Shown: positions 14,438 through 23,376, counted from the first letter of the stretch. The stretch is DNA of 32,000 nt from Erysipelothrix larvae (GCF_001545095.1 NZ_CP013213.1:1410001-1442000); one strand, 5' to 3'. A program made the numbers and translations. Notes: a model not told the origin generated them from the sequence alone.

Positions 14438-14989
14438 TTAGGCAAGGAAGTCATCATCGACAAGAGTCGTAAAATCATCTACTGCAGAAGTCTTACCGCC
14501 TAGAGGTTCTCCGTCTCTAATTTTTTGAATGTTACCAAGACCACAAGCTACACCTTTATTACCATTTGAGTTGAAAGCATAGAAGTTAAGAGAAACCCTG
14601 CCATAACAACCGCTATACACCTCACTGCGATCCATAATCGGCTTAACACTTTTATCTACAATCTGTGGCGCTGTCTTGCTATTTGCATTGATGAAGTAAT
14701 GGCCTTTATAAGCCTCATCATCACGCTCTACATCACCATCACGCAGCGGTAGTTTAATGGCTGCCTTATTTGGTTTCTTACCACCAAACTTTGCGATACC
14801 TTCCTCAATGGCAGCATCAACTGCTGCATGGATAGCATTAATGGTTTCCTTGTCATCCTTTGGAATAAGGACGGAAACGCTGTACTTTTCTGCACCACCA
14901 TTAATAGATACAGGCTCCCATCCGTGGAAGTAAGAAAATCTTGAGTTTACACCTGTGATAACTTTTGTTTTGTTTTGCATATTTGCCAT
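14438..14989 (-). CDS. DUF2815-like phage single-stranded DNA-binding protein
   Basis: 183 aa ending in the acidic tail TLVDDDFLA, reminiscent of SSB tips. It sits in the conserved position between the DUF2800-like nuclease and PolA seen in Firmicute phage replication modules. Confidence 0.75.
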   Translation of the reverse strand: MANMQNKTKVITGVNSRFSYFHGWEPVSINGGAEKYSVSVLIPKDDKETINAIHAAVDAAIEEGIAKFGGKKPNKAAIKLPLRDGDVERDDEAYKGHYFINANSKTAPQIVDKSVKPIMDRSEVYSGCYGRVSLNFYAFNSNGNKGVACGLGNIQKIRDGEPLGGKTSAVDDFTTLVDDDFLA

Positions 14990-14994
14990 AATAT

Positions 14995-16131
14995 TTAATC
15001 CTCCATAATTTCGTTAAATTCGTTTTTAGCATTTACTACGTTAATCGCCGGTCTTTTATCCGAATTGGGAACAAGAGTCGGCTTGCCCGGTGGTTTGTAA
15101 ATGAAGTCACCGAGGAGTTCCTCAAACTTGGCTTTACCCATCAGTTTTTGCATCTCTGTCATCGGAATAAGGCTCTTTCTGTAAATATCCTTATATCCAC
15201 CTGCTACAGCTTTTTCTGCGATGGCTTCTTCATCTTTATACTTACGAACCGAGCGACCTTCCACAACTTTAAAACCATTCCACTCTTTACCGTGATTGAC
15301 TGCTGCATCAGTGGCATAGGCAGTTATTTCATTTGCCCATTTGGTAAGGTCGGGAAGAATAAGTAAGATTTCTTCTATTTCAGCATCCGTCAGAAGAGGT
15401 GGCATCTTGAATTCTTTCTCAGCAAGTTTTAGTTTTTCTTCGGCTCTAGCCCTACATTTGTTTGCCGCTTTACAGAAGGTACACCATGGACCGGGGATGT
15501 ATTCACCCTCACCGTTGAAGGCTTTGACAGCTCTGGGCTTTAGTTCCTCTTCAGCCCAGTCTTTTAGTTCTTCCACCGGTATTGTCCAGGTGCTGACATT
15601 CTCTCTTCTAGGCTGAAAGATCGTCATGGACACTTCTTTGATGTCGTACAGGTGATCATAGATTCCAAGTGCTCCTAGGGCATACAGTTTCATCTGTGGA
15701 TTGTCCACGGCATCAACTAGCACACCCAGTCCATATTTAAAGTCTACGATGTGAAGTCTGTCATCTGAAATGATTACACAGTCTCCTGTCCCAAAACCAT
15801 CTGGAACATAACAAGAGAAGTCAAGACGTTGTTCAATAAGAACGATAGGATCTGTGCAAGACTTTCTTGCAAGTTCCACCTGCTCCATAACAAAGTCCAC
15901 GTAAGCATCTGTACATTCCTCCATCTCATCAGAGTTATACTCAGAGACAGGTCGCTGACTTCTCATATGAAGTGCCTTTTTTAGTTTGTGTTCACACAGG
16001 TCATGAGCCGCTGTGCCTTCTTTTGCTGCCTCACCACTTTGGTCTTCAAACTCCAGTTCAAGTCTTGCAGAGGGTAGGCAGTTAAGCCACCTGTGGGATG
16101 AGGATGCAGATAATATTGCATGATTACCCAT
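14995..16131 (-). CDS. DUF2800-like PD-(D/E)XK (Cas4-like) nuclease
   Basis: ILSASSSHRWLNC N-terminus, acidic/Lys nuclease core (DCVIISDDRLHIVDFKYG) and a C-terminal Cys cluster (WCTFCKAANKC). Start set at ATG 16131 (GGAGGG SD), overlapping the upstream stop as ATGGGTAA. Confidence 0.75.
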   Translation of the reverse strand: MGNHAILSASSSHRWLNCLPSARLELEFEDQSGEAAKEGTAAHDLCEHKLKKALHMRSQRPVSEYNSDEMEECTDAYVDFVMEQVELARKSCTDPIVLIEQRLDFSCYVPDGFGTGDCVIISDDRLHIVDFKYGLGVLVDAVDNPQMKLYALGALGIYDHLYDIKEVSMTIFQPRRENVSTWTIPVEELKDWAEEELKPRAVKAFNGEGEYIPGPWCTFCKAANKCRARAEEKLKLAEKEFKMPPLLTDAEIEEILLILPDLTKWANEITAYATDAAVNHGKEWNGFKVVEGRSVRKYKDEEAIAEKAVAGGYKDIYRKSLIPMTEMQKLMGKAKFEELLGDFIYKPPGKPTLVPNSDKRPAINVVNAKNEFNEIMED

Positions 16132-16441
16132 TCCCAAGACCCTCCGCATCTTTCAAGATGTCAGCATAATACGCCTTATCAATAGCACTTAACTTGTCTG
16201 CACCATACTTCTGAATGAGTCCTCGCACTTCGGTGGTAAATCCAAGCTGGCTCTTTTCAGCAAGTACCATACGCACTTTTTCCAGTGGGATATCTGGCTC
16301 TTTTACTGGTTCTTGTTCAGTTACAGCTTTTGCACTTGGAGTAGGATCTCCTTCTGTCATCGCATCGCAAACTGCCTGTATGCTGTCAGCAAGACTTCGC
16401 ATATCATTGACCACTTCAAGCAGTAGCTTTATTTTGCTCAA
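16124..16441 (-). CDS. Hypothetical phage protein (105 aa)
   Basis: TTG start with AAAGGAGGA 7 nt upstream. Conserved-looking C-terminus VLAEKSQLGFTTEVRGLIQKYGADKLSAID. Translationally coupled to its neighbours. Confidence 0.6.
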   Translation of the reverse strand: MSKIKLLLEVVNDMRSLADSIQAVCDAMTEGDPTPSAKAVTEQEPVKEPDIPLEKVRMVLAEKSQLGFTTEVRGLIQKYGADKLSAIDKAYYADILKDAEGLGNG

Positions 16442-16634
16442 GGTCAGTTCCTCCTTTCGTCATTTCACAGATAGAGAGTTCCTCGATGCTGTCTCCAGGG
16501 ATCACAATCGTTACACGCTGTTTACTCCCTAAAAGAAAGCGAAGAATTCGTTCCCTTACGGACAAATTACGGCAGGTAACAAGTCCGCCTGTCTGTGGTT
16601 TCTTAGAAACACTAATTTTGAGATTGTGTTTCAT
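16416..16634 (-). CDS. Hypothetical phage protein (72 aa), first ORF of the replication module
   Basis: ATG 16634 with GAGGTG 6 nt upstream (MKHNLKISVSKKPQTGGLVTCRNLSVRERILRFLLG...). The track start at 16643 overlaps the SD. Confidence 0.55.
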   Translation of the reverse strand: MKHNLKISVSKKPQTGGLVTCRNLSVRERILRFLLGSKQRVTIVIPGDSIEELSICEMTKGGTDLEQNKATA

Positions 16635-16675
16635 ATCCATCACCTCTTTCCAAAGGGCGATTTATTTCTTGCCCT

Positions 16676-16715
16676 CTACCTAGTAGCCTCGGGAGGTGAT
16701 AGAATCTGACGGTTT
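16676..16715 (-). repeat. Conserved intergenic repeat, copy B
   Basis: See copy A. It lies between the lysis-cassette terminator and the first replication-module ORF. Its AUCACCUC (16700-16693) is complementary to the downstream SD region GAGGUGAU (16646-16639). Confidence 0.8.
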
Positions 16716-16716
16716 A

Positions 16717-16759
16717 GAAAAAAAGAAAGCCTACCAAAGAGAAATACTCCTTGATAGGC
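16717..16759 (-). terminator. Rho-independent terminator of the lysis cassette
   Basis: Minus-strand RNA GCCUAUCAAGGAG-uauuu-CUCUUUGGUAGGC forms a 13-bp stem with two G-U pairs, followed by UUUCUUUUUUU. It lies ~15 nt after the endolysin stop. Confidence 0.8.
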
Positions 16760-16773
16760 ATTCTGGATTACTA

Positions 16774-17712
16774 TTATTTCAAGAGTTCATTGACCCTTTT
16801 TTGTACTGAAATATAGTCATAACCGGCATTTGTAAGTTTGTTTTTTCGATCTTGTCCGTTACCCCAATCGCCACGAATGACTTCCTTTGCGATGGCATCA
16901 ATAGACTTTTTACTAGATAGCATTTCATTGACTTTTGATTGCACTGCCGCGTAATCATAGCCTGCATCCGTTAAACGTTTCTTTCGTTCTTCGCCATTAC
17001 CCCACAACCCTTGAATGACTTCCTTGGCCAGTGCCCCGACCGATTTCTTTTCTGTAGGAGCAGGTATATTTTCTTCTTTACCAAGATGATTTAGCCTTGC
17101 ACTTTGGATAATCGTTTTATAATCCTTGTAGGCATAGTTCATATCCAAATTGCCTGAATAACCATTCAATTTACCTTTGCTTGTGTACTGCCAGATACCA
17201 TGACGAAGTGTCGGTTCTTTACTCGACCACTGAGCGACCCAGAAATCATAAGGTGCTAGACGATCCAGTTCTGTCAAATCTTGAAACCAAGAACTAGATG
17301 CATAGATACCGGCATAATAGCCTGCCTTTTCCACGGTTTCACAAAATCCTACCAACGCATCGGTAATGGCTTTCTTGCCACTTGGTCGCTGATGATAATT
17401 ATCCTCTGTATCAATAAAAACGGGATAAGAGATGGTCTTGCCTTTGATAATTTCTAGGCATTTCTTCGCTTCTGCTATGCTTTTGGTTTTGGTATTGGCA
17501 CAGCTGTACCAGTAAACACCGATAGGAATACCTCTCTCGTGAAAGGCTTTGTAGTGTTTTTCAAAGACATCATCTTTGTGTAAACTCACTCCTGTACCGT
17601 GACCGGTGTATCCTGCACGTAGAATGACAAAATCAACCTCTTTCGCAAGTTGGTCATAGTTTATCTGACTTGGTTTTTGCCACGTGCTGATATCGATTCC
17701 TTTAGTTTTCAT
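16774..17712 (-). CDS. Endolysin: GH25 muramidase domain plus two Cpl-7-type (CW_7) cell-wall-binding repeats
   Basis: N-terminus KGIDISTWQK...DFVILRAGYTG is typical of GH25. Two C-terminal ~40-aa repeats are present: AKEVIQGLWGNGEERKKRLTDAGYDYAAVQSKVNEML and AKEVIRGDWGNGQDRKNKLTNAGYDYISVQKRVNELL. Confidence 0.9.
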   Translation of the reverse strand: MKTKGIDISTWQKPSQINYDQLAKEVDFVILRAGYTGHGTGVSLHKDDVFEKHYKAFHERGIPIGVYWYSCANTKTKSIAEAKKCLEIIKGKTISYPVFIDTEDNYHQRPSGKKAITDALVGFCETVEKAGYYAGIYASSSWFQDLTELDRLAPYDFWVAQWSSKEPTLRHGIWQYTSKGKLNGYSGNLDMNYAYKDYKTIIQSARLNHLGKEENIPAPTEKKSVGALAKEVIQGLWGNGEERKKRLTDAGYDYAAVQSKVNEMLSSKKSIDAIAKEVIRGDWGNGQDRKNKLTNAGYDYISVQKRVNELLK

Positions 17713-17714
17713 GA

Positions 17715-18125
17715 TTATTCCTCCTTATCGCTCTTGTTGTGGAGCTGTTTTAATACATCTTTTAGTTTTTCTGGGATAGGTAGTCCAAGGTGAGCTGAAT
17801 TTTCTAACAGCGAAATCCCCTCATTCGATAGATAGAAGAAAACAATCGCTGTTCTTAGTACGCTCCCATCACCAATCACATAAACATCTAAAATATTAGC
17901 TACACCCACTAAAACAAAAATCAGCACTTTACGGCTGATTCCGATAAATCCCACTTCACTTGATAGGGTCTTATCAGCGATTGCACATAAGACACCTGTT
18001 AGATAGTCGATGACTACAAAGACTAGTAGCGCATATAAAAACCCGTCTGCTCCTCCTAAAAACCATCCGAAGAATCCACCGATTGCTGTTATCACAACTT
18101 GGATCCAGTTCCATATTTCTTTCAT
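17715..18125 (-). CDS. Phage holin (holin_4_1 / toxin-secretion holin type)
   Basis: 136 aa with several TM helices (VVITAIGGFFGWFLGG, LYALLVFVVIDYLTGVLCAI, VLIFVLVGVANIL). It lies immediately upstream of the endolysin. AAAGGAGGA SD. Confidence 0.85.
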   Translation of the reverse strand: MKEIWNWIQVVITAIGGFFGWFLGGADGFLYALLVFVVIDYLTGVLCAIADKTLSSEVGFIGISRKVLIFVLVGVANILDVYVIGDGSVLRTAIVFFYLSNEGISLLENSAHLGLPIPEKLKDVLKQLHNKSDKEE

Positions 18126-18146
18126 TTAAAATTCCTCCTTTTGTTG

Positions 18147-18179
18147 AAATAAAAAGAACACCTACTTTTGCAGATGTTC
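18147..18179 (-). terminator. Possible attenuating terminator between the GH18-motif gene and the holin
   Basis: Minus-strand RNA GAACAUCU-gcaaaagu-AGGUGUUC forms an 8-bp stem with one G-U pair, followed by UUUUUAUUU. No obvious promoter lies between it and the holin SD. Confidence 0.4.
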
Positions 18180-18185
18180 CTTTGA

Positions 18186-20654
18186 TTACTCTATTTGTTT
18201 TGGTAGCCACTCCCAGAGTCTTAAATCCTCCTGGCCTAGTGACCACATACACATGCCTCGAAGTTTCCACCGATAAGCTGCTTCATTTGCCCAGTACACC
18301 AGGCTATCCACATCCTGATAATAAAGAATGGAAAATCCGTCACCATCACCTAAGAAAATACGAGATATCCAGATGTTAATATCCCTTGGAATGATGGTGA
18401 CACTGTAGTCCTTTCCGCACTGGATGGACGGCATCATATCTGAATGAAAAAAATCATAATCTAGGGAGATGCTTTCACTTCTTGTGGCTGATTCCTCAAG
18501 GTCTGCTGTTAAAGTAAACACTTGAAACTCATCATCCCAAGAACAGTTACTTCTTGATAGCCGACCATAAGTTTTAAATGTTCCATCGGGCATAAGCACG
18601 TCAAAGCGTTCATAAGGCTCATAGGTCCAAGCATCGCCTAAGCGAAGCAACTGGCAATGGACTTTATTATCCGAACGAATACCTGCATACCCTGTCACAT
18701 CCGAGCAAGTGGCTGTAAAGCGCAGTGTATTAGATGCAGAGGAATAGACCCGCACTTGATTGCCACGCTTTCGAATTTCTAGAGTGTAAAAGCTTGGATT
18801 CGATCGAATGTTTGCGGCCGATGTTTTTGAAAAGCTGGTGGCATAACTACCTTTTAAAGTAGAACCTTCATACAGTTCAATACGCTGGTTATCATAATTA
18901 AAGCAACAATACATCGTTCCAATAAAAACACCTGCCTTGCCACTAAAGGTCTCAGGAAAAATAATCTGCGCCCTTAAATGGATATCTGAAAAACTGTTGT
19001 AGTTCCATGCTAACTGCCCCTTACCCTCCAGTTGGGAATAGGGTCTATTCATCGAACTGCTTGTATCTTGCCAAACACTCCATTCGCCTGATAATGTTGT
19101 CCAGTAGCTTTGGGGGAGAGGGTTATCATCTCTAAAATCCTCATACCACACAAGGGCAGAATCTGCTTTTCTTCTAAGCATTTCAAGCGTCAACTTAAAA
19201 CCAGTTGCAGGTCCTACCATATCACCATTTACATCCTTGAAATGTCTAGGAGCTAGGGTATATTCTGCTTCACCAACTGTTGGCTCCTCAGAAAATGAAG
19301 AACAGACTCTAAATCCATAAAACTGTACACCCTTTGCCCCAAGCGAAATGGTGATGGTGTGTGTTCCTGCAGAAAGGCTCACTCCTTTTTTAAGCACCGC
19401 CCAGAAAGTCGTTCTCCAATAAGGCCACCACAGTCTGTTTTCAGAAAAATCTACTTCATTTCCATCAAGGGAGATATGAATATTATTCTTATCCCAAAAT
19501 GGAAAGCCTAGCTTTACTGCTACATCATAAGTACCTGCCTGAGCAAGCGTAAAATGATAGGTTGCCGCACCTTCATCCCCCAGTGTTGTGACGCTATTAG
19601 AAACAGAAACAACACCAGAATAACTATCCGGCATGGCATCATGATCCACATAAACAGTTCCAAAGGCTGACTTTTGTTGTTTGCCATAGGCCGTCAGATA
19701 CTGTCTGCCATTGTAGCTTGCAGATAAGAGTGGATAGCTATAGCGAGCGGCATCTCTTCCTTCCATATAATCGTAGACATGCGGCAATGCCCAAGGCACT
19801 TTATTATCATCATCCCAGTAAGCCACGATGGGAATAAACGGTTGAGGAGGTGCATCGTGTGTGAAATTATAGACTCCTGTCATCCAGTATTTTGCCGCAT
19901 AGTAGGTATGAGACGTTCCCCTATAGGCTTTACCTAGGTTTTCTGGTGTGTCATAGATTTGCCAGTTCCAGCCGTAAGCAGGCATCCCAAAGAAAATCTT
20001 ATCGGGATTCATCACTGTAACGGCATAATCATAGATCCCTTCAAGCCAGCTCCTTGGAGATACAGGTCCCGGTGCAGAACCTGACCAAGCCATACCATAA
20101 CTCATAATTGATGCGGTATCGCAATAAGGGTCTAGGTCACCATATACGCACCAGTTCTCACCACCTACAGAGCCATTGACACTAGTCATACCTGGAAGGC
20201 AAATGTTCATCAGTTTACTTGAATCATAGGCTTTGATGGTGTTGTAAATATTTTTAAACATGGTCGTTGACTCAGCATGAGTGGAATAGTCATCGCCCCT
20301 TTCTAGGTCAATATCAATACCATCGCACCAAGGATACTTTTTCATAATACGAATAAGCTCGGATAGAAACAGTTCCTGAGCGCCATTCGTGTTATCTCTC
20401 AATGCTCTGAAAATACTGTTTGCTCCATCATTGGCAATGGTAAGTAACCATTTGATGTGACGATAACGGTTGATGTAGGGGAGCATACTACTGATGGTAA
20501 CACCACTCTCAACAATTTCACCCGTAGCTCGTACCTTAAAAGAAAAAAGACCGATGGTATCAATCCGGTCTCCATATTTCTCTAAAGCTTCATACATCCG
20601 TGCATTTCCCATAAAAGTCCACACCATGATTTTCTTGCCTTTTAGTCGTTCCAT
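18186..20654 (-). CDS. 822-aa multidomain phage protein: N-terminal GH18-type glycoside hydrolase domain plus carbohydrate-binding-like and LamG/DUF1080-like regions (candidate tail-associated depolymerase or receptor-binding protein)
   Basis: Perfect GH18 catalytic signature DxxDxDxE as D111-G-I-D-I-D-L-E118 (nt 20301-20324). The middle region (ATYHFTLAQAGTYDVAVKLG...THTITISLGAKGVQFYGFRV) looks like a CBM beta-sandwich. The C-terminal part (WSVWQD...YTLEIRKRGNQVRVY...GYAGIRSD) looks jelly-roll-like. The start overlaps the upstream stop (TAATG). Confidence 0.8.
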   Translation of the reverse strand: MERLKGKKIMVWTFMGNARMYEALEKYGDRIDTIGLFSFKVRATGEIVESGVTISSMLPYINRYRHIKWLLTIANDGANSIFRALRDNTNGAQELFLSELIRIMKKYPWCDGIDIDLERGDDYSTHAESTTMFKNIYNTIKAYDSSKLMNICLPGMTSVNGSVGGENWCVYGDLDPYCDTASIMSYGMAWSGSAPGPVSPRSWLEGIYDYAVTVMNPDKIFFGMPAYGWNWQIYDTPENLGKAYRGTSHTYYAAKYWMTGVYNFTHDAPPQPFIPIVAYWDDDNKVPWALPHVYDYMEGRDAARYSYPLLSASYNGRQYLTAYGKQQKSAFGTVYVDHDAMPDSYSGVVSVSNSVTTLGDEGAATYHFTLAQAGTYDVAVKLGFPFWDKNNIHISLDGNEVDFSENRLWWPYWRTTFWAVLKKGVSLSAGTHTITISLGAKGVQFYGFRVCSSFSEEPTVGEAEYTLAPRHFKDVNGDMVGPATGFKLTLEMLRRKADSALVWYEDFRDDNPLPQSYWTTLSGEWSVWQDTSSSMNRPYSQLEGKGQLAWNYNSFSDIHLRAQIIFPETFSGKAGVFIGTMYCCFNYDNQRIELYEGSTLKGSYATSFSKTSAANIRSNPSFYTLEIRKRGNQVRVYSSASNTLRFTATCSDVTGYAGIRSDNKVHCQLLRLGDAWTYEPYERFDVLMPDGTFKTYGRLSRSNCSWDDEFQVFTLTADLEESATRSESISLDYDFFHSDMMPSIQCGKDYSVTIIPRDINIWISRIFLGDGDGFSILYYQDVDSLVYWANEAAYRWKLRGMCMWSLGQEDLRLWEWLPKQIE

Positions 20655-20996
20655 TAGAATGGTTCACCTCCGTCTTGCATTTCTTGCATGGTAAACAGCA
20701 CCCTTGCAGATTTCCCTTTTTCAAGGGTCACTTTGTGCTTTGAGTCCCAGGCAGCACTGTATTGATAGAACCCCTCTTTGGGTTCGCTTGCTCCGTTTTT
20801 GGTACACTCTCGTGTAGATGCTAGAAGTGCCAAATCAGCATCTTTTCCAATGGTTCCAGGGAAGGAGACCTGTTGCCCTCCTATACCTTGGCTTAGTTTC
20901 ACTGTTCCAGCAGACATAGAAAGCTTTGGATAGATATGAATATCAAGTCCTGCAGAGGTTTCACCAACATTAAATAAAATAATGGTTTCCTCTGAA
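20654..20996 (-). pseudogene. 3' part of a tail-accessory gene interrupted by IS21-family insertion
   Basis: The reading frame is open from the IS junction (20996) to the stop at 20654. It is in frame with the 5' part once the IS and one copy of the 5-bp duplication are removed (checked codon by codon). Confidence 0.8.
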
Positions 20997-21109
20997 TGTA
21001 TTTGTTAATCTAAAAGTGGGCCAATTCTCAATTGAAAACTGGTCCACTATTTTTATAACTTCAGAAGTGTGTGATAATGCTTTTGGAGGTGAAAGAGGTG
21101 ATATCACAA

Positions 21110-22558
21110 ATGAGCAAATATTCAATTATCACATTAAAAAAGAAAGGATGGTCCAACAGAAAGATTGCCCTTGAATTGGGTATAGACCGAAAGACGGTCG
21201 CACGGTATCTTCAGGAATATAATAAATGTCAAATACAATTGATTGATAATCATGATTTATCAGACGAAAGAAAAGTAGAAGTCATTGATCAAATTGTTGG
21301 GGACCGTCACTATGATGCAAGCAAACGAGGTAAGCGCAAGTTAACGCAAGAAATTCAAGCACGCATCATTGAAATTATGGATTCAGAAAAAGATAAAGAT
21401 ATGTTACTAGGAAGACATCATAAGCAAAAGTTAACAGTCACTCAAATTTTTGAAATTATCAAAAGCGAGGGACATGATATTGGTCAGACAACCATACGAA
21501 ATTTTGTGCATGAAATTCAAGCTTCACGAGAAACATTTATTCGACAAGATTATCGATATGGTGAGCGGTTAGAGTTTGACTTTGGAGAAGTAAAGCTTTT
21601 AATTAATGGTGAACCAAGAACATATTATCTCGCTGTTTTCTCATCACCAGCAAGCGGATATCGGTATGCATATTTATATCCAAACCAACGCAAACAAGTA
21701 TTCATAGATGCACATGTTCGCTTCTTTGAGCATTCTAAAGGCTCTTGGGGTGAAGTTGTATATGACAATATGAGAAACGTCGTGAAGCGCTTTATAACGC
21801 CTTATGAAAAAGAAATTAATGATGATTGCCTCAAACTGGCACTCTATTATAATTTTGAAATTAACCTGACTAATATACGAAGTGGTCATGAAAAAGGAAG
21901 TGTAGAAAACAGTGTTAAGGTAATTCGAAATCGTGTATTCGCAAAGGACTATAAGTTTGAAACATTTGAAGAGGCATGTGTTCATCTTGAACAGACTCTT
22001 GATGAAATCAATATAAAGAGTTCAATCGAAGATGAAAAGAAAGAACTTCAACCTTACAGAATTCCTTATGAATTCGCTGATATCGAAGTATATAGTGTTG
22101 ACAAGTATGGTTGTATACACGTTGAAAATAATTTTTATTCAGTCCCAGACTATCTCCAACACAAAAGAGTTACGGTCAAAAACACCGTAAATTCGATACG
22201 CATCTATTCAAATCACACATTTGTGTACGAACATAAAAAGATAGATGGTCATCATCAATATCAGCTTGTGTTGGACCACTATCTGAATACAATGATGACT
22301 AAGCCGGGATCTGTAAAGAATTCACTTGTCCTAAAACAACATCCTGAGCTTTATAACATCTACCATAATCATTATAAAACAAGAACTAAAGAGTTCATAG
22401 AAATTCTTCAAGAAAACAGGAATGAAACGTATAAAACGCTCAAAGATGCTTTAAAGTATCGGTTGGTTTCAAATACAATTGACACCGTTGAGTATGATGA
22501 CAGCATACAAGAACAATCACGTAAACAACTTAAGAAAATAAGCCAATTAATGCACTAG
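21110..22558 (+). CDS. istA: IS21-family transposase IstA
   Basis: N-terminal HTH (GWSNRKIALELGIDRKTVARYLQEY) followed by a DDE-type core. It sits upstream of an IstB-like gene. Start set at ATG 21110 (AGAGGTG 9 nt upstream). Confidence 0.9.
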   Translation: MSKYSIITLKKKGWSNRKIALELGIDRKTVARYLQEYNKCQIQLIDNHDLSDERKVEVIDQIVGDRHYDASKRGKRKLTQEIQARIIEIMDSEKDKDMLLGRHHKQKLTVTQIFEIIKSEGHDIGQTTIRNFVHEIQASRETFIRQDYRYGERLEFDFGEVKLLINGEPRTYYLAVFSSPASGYRYAYLYPNQRKQVFIDAHVRFFEHSKGSWGEVVYDNMRNVVKRFITPYEKEINDDCLKLALYYNFEINLTNIRSGHEKGSVENSVKVIRNRVFAKDYKFETFEEACVHLEQTLDEINIKSSIEDEKKELQPYRIPYEFADIEVYSVDKYGCIHVENNFYSVPDYLQHKRVTVKNTVNSIRIYSNHTFVYEHKKIDGHHQYQLVLDHYLNTMMTKPGSVKNSLVLKQHPELYNIYHNHYKTRTKEFIEILQENRNETYKTLKDALKYRLVSNTIDTVEYDDSIQEQSRKQLKKISQLMH

Positions 22559-22569
22559 GAGATAAATTA

Positions 22570-23316
22570 ATGGAAACAATTGAACAATTGTCAAAAGAAT
22601 TAAAACTTTCATTCATAAAAACACACTATGAAGCAGCAATACAGGAAGCGAAACACAAAGGATTGGATTTTCAAGAATTTCTTAACGAACTGCTTTATTG
22701 CGAACGAAACAATCGTCGTGACAACGGAATAAAACAACGCATTCGTGCTGCTCGATTTCCTCAAAACAAGACATTGGAGGATTTTACGACTGTAAAATTT
22801 AATTCAGAATTAAAACGAAAGTTTAAAGAACTGGAAACATTGAACTTTATAGAAAATAAAGAAAACATTATCTTAATGAGTAATCCTGGAATGGGAAAAA
22901 CACATTATGCGACCGCACTTGGAATCAAAGCTTGTCTAGAAAATAAAAAAGTGCTATTTATCAGCGTTCCTAATCTAATTATAGAGTTAAAAGAAGCTAT
23001 GTCAAAAAATCAAATTACGCAATACAAAAAGAAGTTTGAAAAATTTGATCTAGTAATTCTTGATGAACTCGGCTATGTATCATTTGATAAAGAAGGAAGT
23101 GAAATTCTATTCAATCTAATCTCAAATAGAATAACAGTGGGCTCTATGATTATTACAACAAATTTAATGTTCGATAGATGGGAAGAAATATTCAAAGACC
23201 CCATTCTAACAACTGCTCTAGTCGACCGCTTAACCTATAAATCACATCTATTAAATATGAGTGGAGAGAGTTATCGTGTTGAAGAAACAATTGCTTGGCT
23301 AAAGAGCAAAGAATGA
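22570..23316 (+). CDS. istB: IS21-family ATP-binding helper IstB
   Basis: Walker A NPGMGKTH, Walker B LVILDELGY, 248 aa. It starts 11 nt after istA, with a GGAG SD. Confidence 0.92.
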   Translation: METIEQLSKELKLSFIKTHYEAAIQEAKHKGLDFQEFLNELLYCERNNRRDNGIKQRIRAARFPQNKTLEDFTTVKFNSELKRKFKELETLNFIENKENIILMSNPGMGKTHYATALGIKACLENKKVLFISVPNLIIELKEAMSKNQITQYKKKFEKFDLVILDELGYVSFDKEGSEILFNLISNRITVGSMIITTNLMFDRWEEIFKDPILTTALVDRLTYKSHLLNMSGESYRVEETIAWLKSKE

Positions 23317-23376
23317 CAAACGGTAGTGGACCAGTTTTCAATTGAGATTTGGACCATTATTCAGTTGACAAATACA

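Larger units (their letters stand above)
20997..23376 (+). mobile_element. IS21-family insertion sequence (2380 bp) with istA/istB
   Basis: Ends TGTATTTGT...ACAAATACA. Imperfect terminal inverted repeats of ~54 bp: 20997-21050 versus the reverse complement of 23323-23376, including an identical stretch TCTCAATTGAAAACTGGTCCACTA. 5-bp direct target duplication CTGAA (20992-20996 and 23377-23381). Orientation is opposite to the phage genes. Confidence 0.92.

Noticed and set aside
14365-14478. N-terminal extension of the polymerase ORF (track start 14478)
   Set aside because: It overlaps the DUF2815-like gene. ATG 14364 has an AAGGTGG SD and gives MKNLEIDIETYS, the expected exonuclease motif near the N-terminus.
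17974-18270. 98-aa minus-strand ORF spanning the holin start and the GH18-motif gene end
   Set aside because: It is out of frame with both well-supported genes and crosses their intergenic hairpin. It has no SD.
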